A stretch of DNA of 24,787 nucleotides from a virus (lineage: Duplodnaviria; Caudoviricetes), in IMG/VR virus record IMGVR_UViG_3300037424_000068, positions 1-24,787 of that record; one strand, 5' to 3'. How positions within the stretch are numbered: position 1 is the stretch's first letter; each line of letters opens with the position of its first letter. The notes under the pieces are model-generated. The model did no database searches, was not told where the DNA came from, and worked only from the letters and a program-made list of their open reading frames with translations. The position numbers and the translations under genes are program-made. Positions 17,089 to 24,787 of this stretch are shown here, piece after piece.

Positions 17089-19538
17089 GCCTCTCCTGTA
17101 CTGGTAGGCCCGTACGTAGCTGTTGTCCCTACGGGACGACTGATAGCCGAGGTAGTACTGCTTCCCCCAGCGCGTGTGGTTGCCGACCAGTTCTCCCCGG
17201 TGGTGCCCGTCTGACCAATACCCGTCGGCAAGCCTAGAGGCGTCACCAGAACAATCGGGAACGGAATCTGTGCCGTGGTCATGATGACCATCGGCGTAAA
17301 GGACACACTCGTGTGGAACACCGGCACAGGGAAGGCTACTGCAGCGTTGATAGTTGGCGGAGCTACTGTTGCCGACGAAGAGAACGTCACCGTCGGAATG
17401 GTCACGACAGCTTGAATCCTGTTCGGTGTAACCGTCGTACCAGCGCTAAGCACAGGCGACGGGAAGCTTGCCGAGGCGCTAATGGTACTCGCTGCCTTGA
17501 TGATGCCTACCGATATGCCTGGAGCAGGGAAGCTAGCTGCAGCCTGCACCCTATTCGGTGATGCAGTAGAGCCTGTTGATATACTGGGAGCTGGTAGAGT
17601 AGCTGACGAGGTGATGACCGTCGGCGTCTTGGAGGTGCCCATCGACAGGCTTGGTGCGTACAGAGCAGCTACGGCAGCAATGCGTGCAGGTGAGACTGTG
17701 GAACCAGCACCTATCAATGGTGCAGGGAGAGACGTGATCACTGCGATGCGTGCAGGTGCTACTGTAGACCCGACACTCACCGTTGGTGCGGGTGCTGCTG
17801 TGATCGCTGCCACTGTCGCAGGAGTAGGACTAGTACCAGTAGACAAACTCGGAGCTGGCGCTACTGTAACTGCAGAGAGAGCTACTGGCGTTACAGTGAC
17901 ACCCACCGACAGAGCAGGAGCGGAGAGCGCTGCAACTGCTGCTATCGTCGACGGAGTAACTGTAGTACTGCTACCTCCGGAGACCGACGGTGTTGGGAAG
18001 CTTGCGACACTGGAGATCGTACCGGGAGTGACTTCCTCACCGGTGGAGAAGCTTGGAGCAGGCATTGCTGTGATGGCCGCAATAGTCGCAGGTGATGCTC
18101 CAGCGCCCGTGGATATACTAGGCGCAGGTGTTGTGACTGCGGCAGCTATACGTGAGGCTGTAAAGTTAACTCCGACACTGACCGCAGGTGCTGGAGTTGC
18201 TGTAATTCCTGCAACTGTAGTAGGTGCTGCAACACTGCCTGTTGATATACTAGGTGCTGGTGCTGTCGCAACAGCAACCACCTGTGTAGGTGATGCTCCA
18301 GCACCTGTTGATATACTGGGAGCAGGAGTGGCCGCCAAGGTTGAAACCTGAGTTGGCAGCACTTCCATACCGGTACTCAACGATGGCGCAGACACTGCAG
18401 CGACTGCGTTTACGGTGGTCGGTGGTACGATGGTCACAGATCCGACGATGGGTGCAGGCACAGCAGCAATCGCAGCTACTGTAGTCGCAGTAACAGTCTC
18501 GCCTGTCGAGATAGCTGGAGCAGGTGTAGCCGTAATGGTAGCGATAGCGCTTGGCAGTGTCGCTGTGCCTGTCGACATAGTCGGTGCAGGAGTCGCCGTT
18601 ATAGCTGCGACTCGTACTGCAGCAACAGCCTGACCTGTGGACAGCGATGGTGCGGGAAGAGTGGCTACTGACGCAATCCTATTTGGAGCTGGAACCGTCT
18701 GCACTACCACTGTTGGGGCCTGCATGGCTGCAATGCTGGCAATCCTAGCAGCAGAGACAGTAGAGCCTGTCGACTTGGTGGGCGTCGGTACAGTAGCGAT
18801 GGCAGCAATGGTCGTGGGTGCTACCGTCGAACCTGTCGAGAGCGCCGGAGCTGGTGTAGCCGCTACAGCTGCTATCTGTCCTGGTGTGACAGTCGCATTG
18901 GTTGCCGTCAGTGCCTTAATCTCAAGGCCGTTGATGCCCCAAGAGGAGGACACTGAAAGCGTACCAGAGGCTGCTGTGTCCGTGGCATCGGAGCGCCACT
19001 GTACTTCCTGGGTCTCCGAGGGGGAACTCTCACCGTGGTCGGAGAGCTCAGTCCAGTTCGTTCGAGGTGTACACGTCGGGTTGCTGTTCGTTCCAATGAA
19101 GCAAAAGAACCTGTTAGCAGCATCGCCAGCTGCTGCAAAGCTTACCGTTGGAGCAGTGTCTGTAACCGGCCCAGCAGTAACTGCCTGAACAACCGTGCCC
19201 GATGAATCGTGACCCAGGATCTCAATGACATCCCAAGTACCAGACTGTGTCGCACCATTAGCACTGTGTGTGAATACAAGCGTGCCAGAACCAGGAGTAG
19301 CACCGCATTGCGCCGTCCACGTAGTAATGCGTGTGGACGCGGAGATGACCTTGGTCTGCTGCTGTGTCCAGGTGAGACTGAAGCCTGCAACGGTATCGGT
19401 GGCCCCGCCAGTGACCACGTACACCAAAGAAGCCACGAGCAGAGAGTTCGCCGAAGGCGAGATGCTCGCGGTAGTGTACGTGCTAACGCTGTTGACTGTG
19501 GACGTACCACTGGTCAACAGTGTTGTGCTGATGGCCAC
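17085..19538 (-). CDS. Ala/Thr/Ser/Pro/Val-rich repeat protein, putative fibre core with N-terminal globular domain
   Basis: 817 aa: ~216-aa beta-rich N-domain, ~25 tandem 22-aa repeats, 49-aa tail. Confidence 0.75.
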   Translation of the reverse strand: MAISTTLLTSGTSTVNSVSTYTTASISPSANSLLVASLVYVVTGGATDTVAGFSLTWTQQQTKVISASTRITTWTAQCGATPGSGTLVFTHSANGATQSGTWDVIEILGHDSSGTVVQAVTAGPVTDTAPTVSFAAAGDAANRFFCFIGTNSNPTCTPRTNWTELSDHGESSPSETQEVQWRSDATDTAASGTLSVSSSWGINGLEIKALTATNATVTPGQIAAVAATPAPALSTGSTVAPTTIAAIATVPTPTKSTGSTVSAARIASIAAMQAPTVVVQTVPAPNRIASVATLPAPSLSTGQAVAAVRVAAITATPAPTMSTGTATLPSAIATITATPAPAISTGETVTATTVAAIAAVPAPIVGSVTIVPPTTVNAVAAVSAPSLSTGMEVLPTQVSTLAATPAPSISTGAGASPTQVVAVATAPAPSISTGSVAAPTTVAGITATPAPAVSVGVNFTASRIAAAVTTPAPSISTGAGASPATIAAITAMPAPSFSTGEEVTPGTISSVASFPTPSVSGGSSTTVTPSTIAAVAALSAPALSVGVTVTPVALSAVTVAPAPSLSTGTSPTPATVAAITAAPAPTVSVGSTVAPARIAVITSLPAPLIGAGSTVSPARIAAVAALYAPSLSMGTSKTPTVITSSATLPAPSISTGSTASPNRVQAAASFPAPGISVGIIKAASTISASASFPSPVLSAGTTVTPNRIQAVVTIPTVTFSSSATVAPPTINAAVAFPVPVFHTSVSFTPMVIMTTAQIPFPIVLVTPLGLPTGIGQTGTTGENWSATTRAGGSSTTSAISRPVGTTATYGPTSTGEA
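17235..18890 (-). repeat. About 25 degenerate 66-bp (22-aa) coding repeats, consensus VxPxxIAAxAxxPAPxxSTGxx
   Basis: Manual parsing gives 25 units in register; one unit carries a 2-aa insertion. Confidence 0.9.
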
Positions 19539-19556
19539 GACGGGGTTCCCTAAGCC

Positions 19557-20012
19557 TTACGGCACGAGGTCGATCGTGAAGACGCCCAGGGCGTTCCAGG
19601 TGATGAGGAACGTACCGTTCACCGTGGAGTAGTCGGCCGCGAAGTCGACCAGGCAGATCGCAAAGTTGCCTGCCAATGCGTCGGCGTACAGCAGACCCGC
19701 ACGAGCGTTGGTGATCGTCGACGCAGCCCACGACGTGTCAGCCTGGTCGTACGTGACGATTCCAGCAGATGCTGTGAACGTTGGCGAAGCGACTACCGTA
19801 CCACCAGCAGTGTAGCCGGCCCCAGAAACCTCGTTGGCGTTGTACGGCGCAACCGCGTAGGCAGTGTCCGTGGTGAAGTTGGGTGTGATCGTGTTGGTGA
19901 ACATCGCCCACTTGTGGGCCGTGCTGGGCGTGATCAGGTTGATCACAGTCCCCGTCGCGTCAAAGACGTCGAGGATCGTTGCACAGAACAGACCGGAGCC
20001 AGAAACAGCCAT
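19557..20012 (-). CDS. Small beta-rich virion structural protein, putative fibre subunit
   Basis: NEVSGAGYTAGG, D.AD.SW...TIT.AR and VDFAAD....GTF.I.W...G.F motifs seen in many phage structural modules; AAGGAG RBS. Confidence 0.65.
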   Translation of the reverse strand: MAVSGSGLFCATILDVFDATGTVINLITPSTAHKWAMFTNTITPNFTTDTAYAVAPYNANEVSGAGYTAGGTVVASPTFTASAGIVTYDQADTSWAASTITNARAGLLYADALAGNFAICLVDFAADYSTVNGTFLITWNALGVFTIDLVP

Positions 20013-20013
20013 G

Positions 20014-20310
20014 TCAGATCTCCTTCACAGCTGGTACAGGCGCTGAAGACTTGCTGCCGGCCTGAATCGGAGCCACGCCGACTGTAGACGAGCCTGGCTC
20101 GTTGGCGACAGCCATCACGTCGGCCTCACGGATCTCCCGACGGCTAGCCCGAAGCTTCTCAGCGGCCTCCTTGAAAGCTGCCTTGTTCTCCTCCGACTTG
20201 TCCTCCTGGTACGCAGTGGTGGCTGCTTCGTAAGCGTCCTCTACTACGCCAAGAGCTTCATGCTGGGCAGCCAACGCGTAGAGCTGTGCTGCCTTCTCAG
20301 AAGAGCTCAT
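20014..20310 (-). CDS. Hypothetical helical protein (98 aa)
   Basis: GGAGG RBS, ATGA overlap with upstream gene. Confidence 0.7.
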   Translation of the reverse strand: MSSSEKAAQLYALAAQHEALGVVEDAYEAATTAYQEDKSEENKAAFKEAAEKLRASRREIREADVMAVANEPGSSTVGVAPIQAGSKSSAPVPAVKEI

Positions 20311-20537
20311 GAACGGTCCTCCGTTGTCTTTCCCGTGAACGCGATCCGCGGAGCACCGATCACGACATCCTGTCGGTCGTCGCGAAGGACAACGGTGTTT
20401 CCGTTGTCATCCGTTGTTGCCTTGTAGGTCTGGCCGTCCTTGTCCTTGCCACCTGTCACGCGGTCCCCCGATAGCCGAGAAACCACACCCACTGATCGCA
20501 TACGGGCCAGCCATTCCTCTTTGGTCTCAGCCATCAC
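20307..20537 (-). CDS. Hypothetical protein (75-76 aa)
   Basis: GGAGG RBS; start overlaps the portal stop. Confidence 0.7.
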   Translation of the reverse strand: MMAETKEEWLARMRSVGVVSRLSGDRVTGGKDKDGQTYKATTDDNGNTVVLRDDRQDVVIGAPRIAFTGKTTEDRS

Positions 20538-22117
20538 TTTCCTCCAGACTTGTCTTGTCCACCTTGTCCTGTGGGGGGCTTGCTGCTGGGCGGACCCTGC
20601 CTCGGAGGTCCGATGCGCGGCGGCTGAGGCGCTGTAGGAGTTGCCGAAGGCGTTCCCGATTTGCGTACGTTACCGCCGCTAGAGTTGCCAGCAGGTACGC
20701 CAGCAGCTTTGTCCTGCTTCTCAGGCTTGGTTCCGTTTTGCGGTGTCGCAACCTCACGAATCGTTTCCTCGTCTACGGGTGGAAGGCCCATCTCGTCGCG
20801 GATGTGTGCCTCGAGCGTGTCGTCGGGCCGAACGATGCCAGCGCCGACGTAGTTCCTCAGTGCGAAGGACTCGGTGCGCCAATCTGCCTGCTCGCCGATC
20901 CGACGTGCCTTGAGCTTGGGGTAGCCGTTAGGTGACTTGGCCCAGTTCATGTCGATGAGTTCGGGGATCGCACGCTTGTTGATCTCGCCGATCACGATGT
21001 CGGCAATGAACCTCGTCGCCTTGAGGAACATCGCCTGGTCCTCCTCCTTGGTGGTGGAGGCGGAGTCGAGGAACGGCGCGAGCACGTTCGCACGGATCTG
21101 GTCGTCGTGGTGCTTCGCCGAAGCGAGGGCGTCGACGGGCTGCCCTTCTAGCTTGGCAAATACCAGGTCCCACATCGGGGGCAGAACAACATGTGCACGC
21201 TCGTTCGTCCTCAGGTTGCGGCCGAGCTCGTTCGCGAGGTTCTTGTCGTTGACGTCGAAGCCCACTGGAAGCTTGATGATCGGGACACCGATACCGTGAC
21301 GCTCCTTCTGAATGGCGTCGATCTTGTACAGGTTGTCCTTGTAGTACCAGTGCTTGTACGCCGAACGCAGGACCGAGATGCCCTCAACGTTGCCGCCCTC
21401 CTTGTCGAAGGAGAACACCAGCATCTTCTTGTATGCGATCTCCGTGTCCACTGGGGTGGCAACGCCCGCTGTCCAGACACCACCGTACATCGAGGGGTTG
21501 ATCAGCGCCTGGGAGTAGAAGCAGAAGCGGTCAGGTTCACCGTTGTTCTCGAAGTAGACCTCCTGGATGTCCATCGGGTGCCTCGGAGCGAACTTCTTCC
21601 AGACGATCTTGCCCTTGGCAGTAGGATCGCCGGTGACATCTTCGCCGTGAGCGAACACCTTCTCGAACATGTAGAACCCGAAGTCCAGCATGAGCAGCGA
21701 CTCTGTCAGGAACTGACTCCAGTCGATGCACATCCACTCCGTGAGGTTCTTCCAGACGTACTCGGCCTTCTTCTTGTCGAGAGGCTTGTCCGAGGCGGGC
21801 TCGACGAACCAGTTAGCCGCCAACACGGGCGTCTTGACCAGTCGGAGTGTGCCTCGAACAGTACCATCGTTCCTTCGCATCTTGTCGTACATGCGGAGGC
21901 CATTGAGGCCTAGGAGCTCGTTGTTGTACTCCTGTCGAGCCCAAGCTGTGAAAGGGCTCGGAATTGCTGACCCGATCTCCCTGAGGTCGACAGGATCTGT
22001 CACGCGAGGAGTGACCAGGATATACTCCCGACCTTCTTCCTCACCAACACCGACAACGTCGTGCGTGCCCAGAAGGTCACCAAGTGCGACCCTGGGGGCA
22101 TCCGCCAAGACTGTCAC
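20534..22117 (-). CDS. Portal protein (Mu gp29 / DUF935-like)
   Basis: YDKMRRND..V, FGFYMFEKV, G.SVLRSAY..WYYK, ERHGIGVP, IPELIDMNW motifs; AAGGAG RBS before GTG; Pro-rich disordered C-tail. Confidence 0.9.
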   Translation of the reverse strand: MTVLADAPRVALGDLLGTHDVVGVGEEEGREYILVTPRVTDPVDLREIGSAIPSPFTAWARQEYNNELLGLNGLRMYDKMRRNDGTVRGTLRLVKTPVLAANWFVEPASDKPLDKKKAEYVWKNLTEWMCIDWSQFLTESLLMLDFGFYMFEKVFAHGEDVTGDPTAKGKIVWKKFAPRHPMDIQEVYFENNGEPDRFCFYSQALINPSMYGGVWTAGVATPVDTEIAYKKMLVFSFDKEGGNVEGISVLRSAYKHWYYKDNLYKIDAIQKERHGIGVPIIKLPVGFDVNDKNLANELGRNLRTNERAHVVLPPMWDLVFAKLEGQPVDALASAKHHDDQIRANVLAPFLDSASTTKEEDQAMFLKATRFIADIVIGEINKRAIPELIDMNWAKSPNGYPKLKARRIGEQADWRTESFALRNYVGAGIVRPDDTLEAHIRDEMGLPPVDEETIREVATPQNGTKPEKQDKAAGVPAGNSSGGNVRKSGTPSATPTAPQPPRIGPPRQGPPSSKPPTGQGGQDKSGGK

Positions 22118-22144
22118 TTGGACTCCTTCTGCTCGTCCGTGTGG

Positions 22145-22309
22145 TTAGTTGAGGCCTTCGATGGCGGGGATCAGGAACGCCAAGCCGAAAGCAACGAGGC
22201 CTGCCGAGATCAAGCTGAACCGCGGCGCCTGTGCCTGAACGCTGTTGAACATGCTGAGGATCCAAAAGATGACTGCCACCAGGTAGCAGATCATGACAAC
22301 AACATCCAT
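22145..22309 (-). CDS. 54-aa two-TM membrane protein (absent from ORF track)
   Basis: TGATG overlap with terminase stop, AAGGAG RBS; MDVVVMICYLVAVIFWILSMFNSVQAQAPRFSLISAGLVAFGLAFLIPAIEGLN. Confidence 0.75.
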   Translation of the reverse strand: MDVVVMICYLVAVIFWILSMFNSVQAQAPRFSLISAGLVAFGLAFLIPAIEGLN

Positions 22310-23790
22310 CAGAACTCCTTCGATTTGTTGAAGAACCCTTGTCCCATGCCAGAATCCTCGGCGGCTCTGGCCTGTGTGAGCGCGAACTGGTCCCCCGCTA
22401 GCACCTTGCCCTGGATCACCTTAGGTCCTGTGTCCATGACCTCGGCGAGGTGATGATTGACACCCAAGTGAAAGAGCTGCACTAGACCATATCGAATTGC
22501 GTCGATCGTGTGGTCAGAGATCCTCTGACCGAGCTCAGGAACGTTCTGACCCTTGATCGGTTCCTTCGAGCGGTAGTTGTTGTGCTCCCGGATCGTGTTG
22601 GTACAGGAGGGGTCAACGTAGTAGCCCGGCATCTCAGGCGCAGGGGTTCCGTACTCATCGATCACAACCAGGTGCTTCGATTGTGGCCTCAAGCGCATAA
22701 ACCCACGCATCAACTGAACGCCAACGCCCCACATTCCCTTAGCCTTGGCCATCGGATCGGCAATACAGCCGACCAAATGCTGGCTAACGTAGGCGGCTGC
22801 CTCGGGATCTGCAGCATCTCCGAACGCCAGATCAATCTTGTAGCCCTCAGGCTGGTCTCTGTTCTTGAGGTACTCGACGTGTTGCTCGAGTGTCATGAAC
22901 GGCTTGTAGTGTTCCCGCCAAATGTAGATCCGGTCATCTGGACCTACCTGGAACTCGACACACGCCAACGGGTTCGTATAGCCCCAGTCGAAGCACATGT
23001 AGTTCGGCCAGTCAGGCCTGTACTCGTGTGCTCGAACGTGAGTGAATTCGTCCCACTCGGGGAAAATCTTGCCCACAAAACTGGAAAAGTCGGCGCCGAT
23101 CTCCTGCTCAAACCACTCTGGAGTGGTCGTCTTCCTGAGCAAAAGGATTTCCGGGTCCTCAATTCCACCCGGGTACACTGCCGTGTTGGCCCAACTTGGA
23201 AACTTCCAGCTCTCAAAGTCCGGGTAGTCGGGCTTAGCTCCGTACTGCCAGACCTCGTGCAGCCAGTTGAACCCTTCAGGCGTGGTAGGAAAGTCTGCGA
23301 ACCCCCGCTTGTCAGCAAGAGATGGCCGAATGAACCTTTCCCACGTTTCCTTCTTCTGTTTGGCAGCCTCAGACATGATCACGCCGTCGAGAGCTTCACC
23401 AACCAGGAGCTCAGGGTGGTCAGCAGACCGCACTTCCAGGCGCGTTTGCCACGGGAACTCGATGTACATGTCCCCGACGCGCTTGTTGTAGGCCTTCTTG
23501 ACCCGCTTGTCCTTGCCCAAGCCCAGGCCAACAATCATGTCGTCCCAGACTACCCTGAACTCCTTCTCCCCCAGGTCGTAGGTCGGCCCCACAATCCAGA
23601 AGCGCTTCTTGGGTCGGAGCAGCTTAGACTGAATGTCCTTGCCACTCATGGAGCTCTTGCCGAACCGTCGCCCGCACACCGGCACCCGAAAGCGTGCTGT
23701 GCTCGCATGGTACAGCCACTGTGGTTCGTGAGGCGTGTAACCAATGCGTTCAAACCACGCCTTCTTGCGCTGGAGCTCCGTACCGGCCAT
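22309..23790 (-). CDS. terL: Terminase large subunit
   Basis: Walker A GRRFGKS, Walker B-like VIMSEAA, coupling motif TTP, nuclease acidic motifs FDWGYTNP and DHTIDAIRY; AGGAGGTG RBS. Confidence 0.95.
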   Translation of the reverse strand: MAGTELQRKKAWFERIGYTPHEPQWLYHASTARFRVPVCGRRFGKSSMSGKDIQSKLLRPKKRFWIVGPTYDLGEKEFRVVWDDMIVGLGLGKDKRVKKAYNKRVGDMYIEFPWQTRLEVRSADHPELLVGEALDGVIMSEAAKQKKETWERFIRPSLADKRGFADFPTTPEGFNWLHEVWQYGAKPDYPDFESWKFPSWANTAVYPGGIEDPEILLLRKTTTPEWFEQEIGADFSSFVGKIFPEWDEFTHVRAHEYRPDWPNYMCFDWGYTNPLACVEFQVGPDDRIYIWREHYKPFMTLEQHVEYLKNRDQPEGYKIDLAFGDAADPEAAAYVSQHLVGCIADPMAKAKGMWGVGVQLMRGFMRLRPQSKHLVVIDEYGTPAPEMPGYYVDPSCTNTIREHNNYRSKEPIKGQNVPELGQRISDHTIDAIRYGLVQLFHLGVNHHLAEVMDTGPKVIQGKVLAGDQFALTQARAAEDSGMGQGFFNKSKEF

Positions 23791-23800
23791 GCCTCACCTC

Positions 23801-23899
23801 CTACCAGCAGTCGTGTCCACTCGGCTTACATGCGCGGCAGTACCATGTTCTACAACCGCACCGGACCCACCACTCGATGCACTTGTGTCCGTCAGGCAC
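23801..23899 (-). CDS. 32-aa Cys/His-rich micro-protein (absent from ORF track)
   Basis: GTG overlaps upstream TAG (TAGTG); MPDGHKCIEWWVRCGCRTWYCRACKPSGHDCW; its stop overlaps the terL RBS. Confidence 0.65.
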   Translation of the reverse strand: MPDGHKCIEWWVRCGCRTWYCRACKPSGHDCW

Positions 23900-24147
23900 T
23901 ACTTCTTCTTGGGCATCGGCTTCTTGCCGAACGGCGGCTTCTTGGCTCCCGGCGGCATCTTCTTGGCAGCTGCACCCTTGGCAGGTGTTCCACCCTTCGC
24001 AGGCATCGCTCCAGGCTTCCCCGGCATCCCCGCAGGAGTTGCCGACTTGGGCATTCCCGGCTTGCCCTTCTTCTTCTTTGCTGGCATCTTCGCTGGCACT
24101 CCCTGGCCTCCCACTCCACCAGACCCTGTCGGGCTGTAGACAGACAT
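23899..24147 (-). CDS. Lys/Pro/Ala/Gly-rich basic protein, histone H1-tail-like
   Basis: 82 aa from ATG 24147 (alternative GTG 24159); 19 Lys, no Asp/Glu, four PAK motifs. Confidence 0.75.
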   Translation of the reverse strand: MSVYSPTGSGGVGGQGVPAKMPAKKKKGKPGMPKSATPAGMPGKPGAMPAKGGTPAKGAAAKKMPPGAKKPPFGKKPMPKKK

Positions 24148-24194
24148 CGTAACACTCACCCTTGCCTCGACACCATCACCACACGGCCTTGGTA

Positions 24195-24524
24195 TCAGTC
24201 CTTGAACTTGCCGTCCTTGAGGTCCTGCTCGATGCCTTCTACGAGACCACGAAGTGTGTCACCGGAGGCATGTGCCATGTCGTCGCCAACCTTGCCCAGG
24301 TTACGTTCGACAATGTAAGTCGCAGCTTGCAGCCGAGTCCTATCATTCAGACTGTTCTCGGCAATGTCGCAGATTGTCTGCGCCGCCGCTGGAAGCGCTC
24401 GCCTGAACACCCGGCGAGCCATCTGCTCTTCGGTCTCGGACGGACTGAGGGGCTCCAACGTTCTCGACGCAGTCATCATCGCCTTCAGTTCTGCGTCAGA
24501 GGGCGTGAAATATTCTCCACTCAC
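24195..24524 (-). CDS. Putative terminase small subunit
   Basis: First gene of the operon, helical 109 aa with RLQAATYIVERNLGK motif; start reassigned to GTG 24524 with GGAGG at 24529-24533. Confidence 0.55.
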   Translation of the reverse strand: MSGEYFTPSDAELKAMMTASRTLEPLSPSETEEQMARRVFRRALPAAAQTICDIAENSLNDRTRLQAATYIVERNLGKVGDDMAHASGDTLRGLVEGIEQDLKDGKFKD

Positions 24525-24539
24525 TTTTCCTCCCTTCCT

Positions 24540-24575
24540 TACCTCTATTATATAGTAGTCCTTCTTACTTTGCAA
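24540..24575 (-). promoter_or_regulatory. Sigma70/HrdB-type promoter for the packaging operon
   Basis: TTGCAA (24575-24570), 17 bp spacer, TATAAT (24552-24547). Confidence 0.85.
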
Positions 24576-24728
24576 CACTGCGGGAACAATACGTATCAAA
24601 TCCCACTGACACTACAACCTCCGACGATGCGGTCGAGCCCGATTGTCGTCTACGTCTGGCACGCGCGCCGACTGTCACACAACGTAACACTTCGATTTTC
24701 ATCGAACGCATTTGAAACGGTAGGAATA

Positions 24729-24765
24729 TTTAAAAGATCTTGGGTTCGCGATTATAATATAGTTA
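24729..24765 (+). promoter_or_regulatory. Divergent promoter, probably leaderless
   Basis: TATAAT at 24753-24758; weak -35 (TTTAAA/TTAAAA at 24729-24735); ATG begins 7 nt after the -10 with no RBS. Confidence 0.55.
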
Positions 24766-24787
24766 TGAACAACACACACTCCCTCCC
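24765..24787 (+). CDS. Possible start of a divergent gene (MNNTHSL..., truncated by the window edge)
   Basis: ATG at the predicted +1 of the divergent promoter; only 7 codons visible. Confidence 0.3.

Noticed and set aside
6393-18351. Other long plus-strand ORFs (6393..7349, 9636..10733, 13247..14401, 14852..15547, 17482..18351)
   Set aside because: Each lies opposite a well-supported minus-strand structural gene and mirrors its codon bias or repeats
17235-18890. Possible CRISPR array or DGR template/variable repeats
   Set aside because: Repeats are degenerate, coding and contiguous, with no spacers, no adenine-specific variant pair and no reverse transcriptase in the window
11248-22117. 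Transposable Mu-like phage assignment
   Set aside because: Only head and neck genes are Mu-like; no transposase, no tail sheath and no Mu-type ends are visible
23892-24155. Arg/Cys-rich alternative-frame ORF
   Set aside because: Frame-shifted reading of the Lys/Pro-rich gene; the Lys-rich frame has the capsid-like N-terminus and couples to the next ORF
22510-24318. 602-aa plus-strand ORF
   Set aside because: Antisense shadow of terL and neighbours; no recognisable motifs; long antisense ORFs are expected in GC-rich coding DNA
24525-24599. N-terminal extension of the putative small terminase
   Set aside because: Overlaps its own promoter; GGAGG supports GTG 24524

Overview
Late (virion-morphogenesis and lysis) region of a GC-rich siphovirus, probably an actinobacterial phage, encoded almost entirely on the minus strand. 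Reading right to left: putative small terminase, a Lys/Pro-rich basic protein, a 32-aa Cys/His micro-protein, large terminase, a 54-aa membrane protein, Mu gp29-like portal, an inserted ~3.8 kb putative fibre cassette (two small genes, a 151-aa beta protein, an 817-aa protein with ~25 x 22-aa repeats, a BppU-like adaptor), a palindrome-rich intergenic element, two small genes, Mu gpI-like protease with nested scaffold start, decoration protein, major capsid protein, two tandem paralogues, neck genes, tail tube, frameshifted tail chaperones, tape measure with NlpC/P60 domain, Dit and minor tail proteins, and a lysis cassette (CHAP endolysin, helical-hairpin protein, holin) ending at a terminator-like hairpin. 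Most notable: (1) the basic H1-like protein starts with a near copy of the major capsid protein N-terminus (MSVYSPTGSG vs MAVYAPSGSG); (2) the repeat-protein fibre cassette sits among head genes; (3) two promoters share an exact 19-bp core, with a related divergent leaderless promoter; (4) a phased GAGAC/GTCTC intergenic element; (5) two small genes missed by the ORF track; (6) a possible nucleotide-sponge-like protein inside the lysis cassette. All family assignments come from motif recognition by eye, without database searches.
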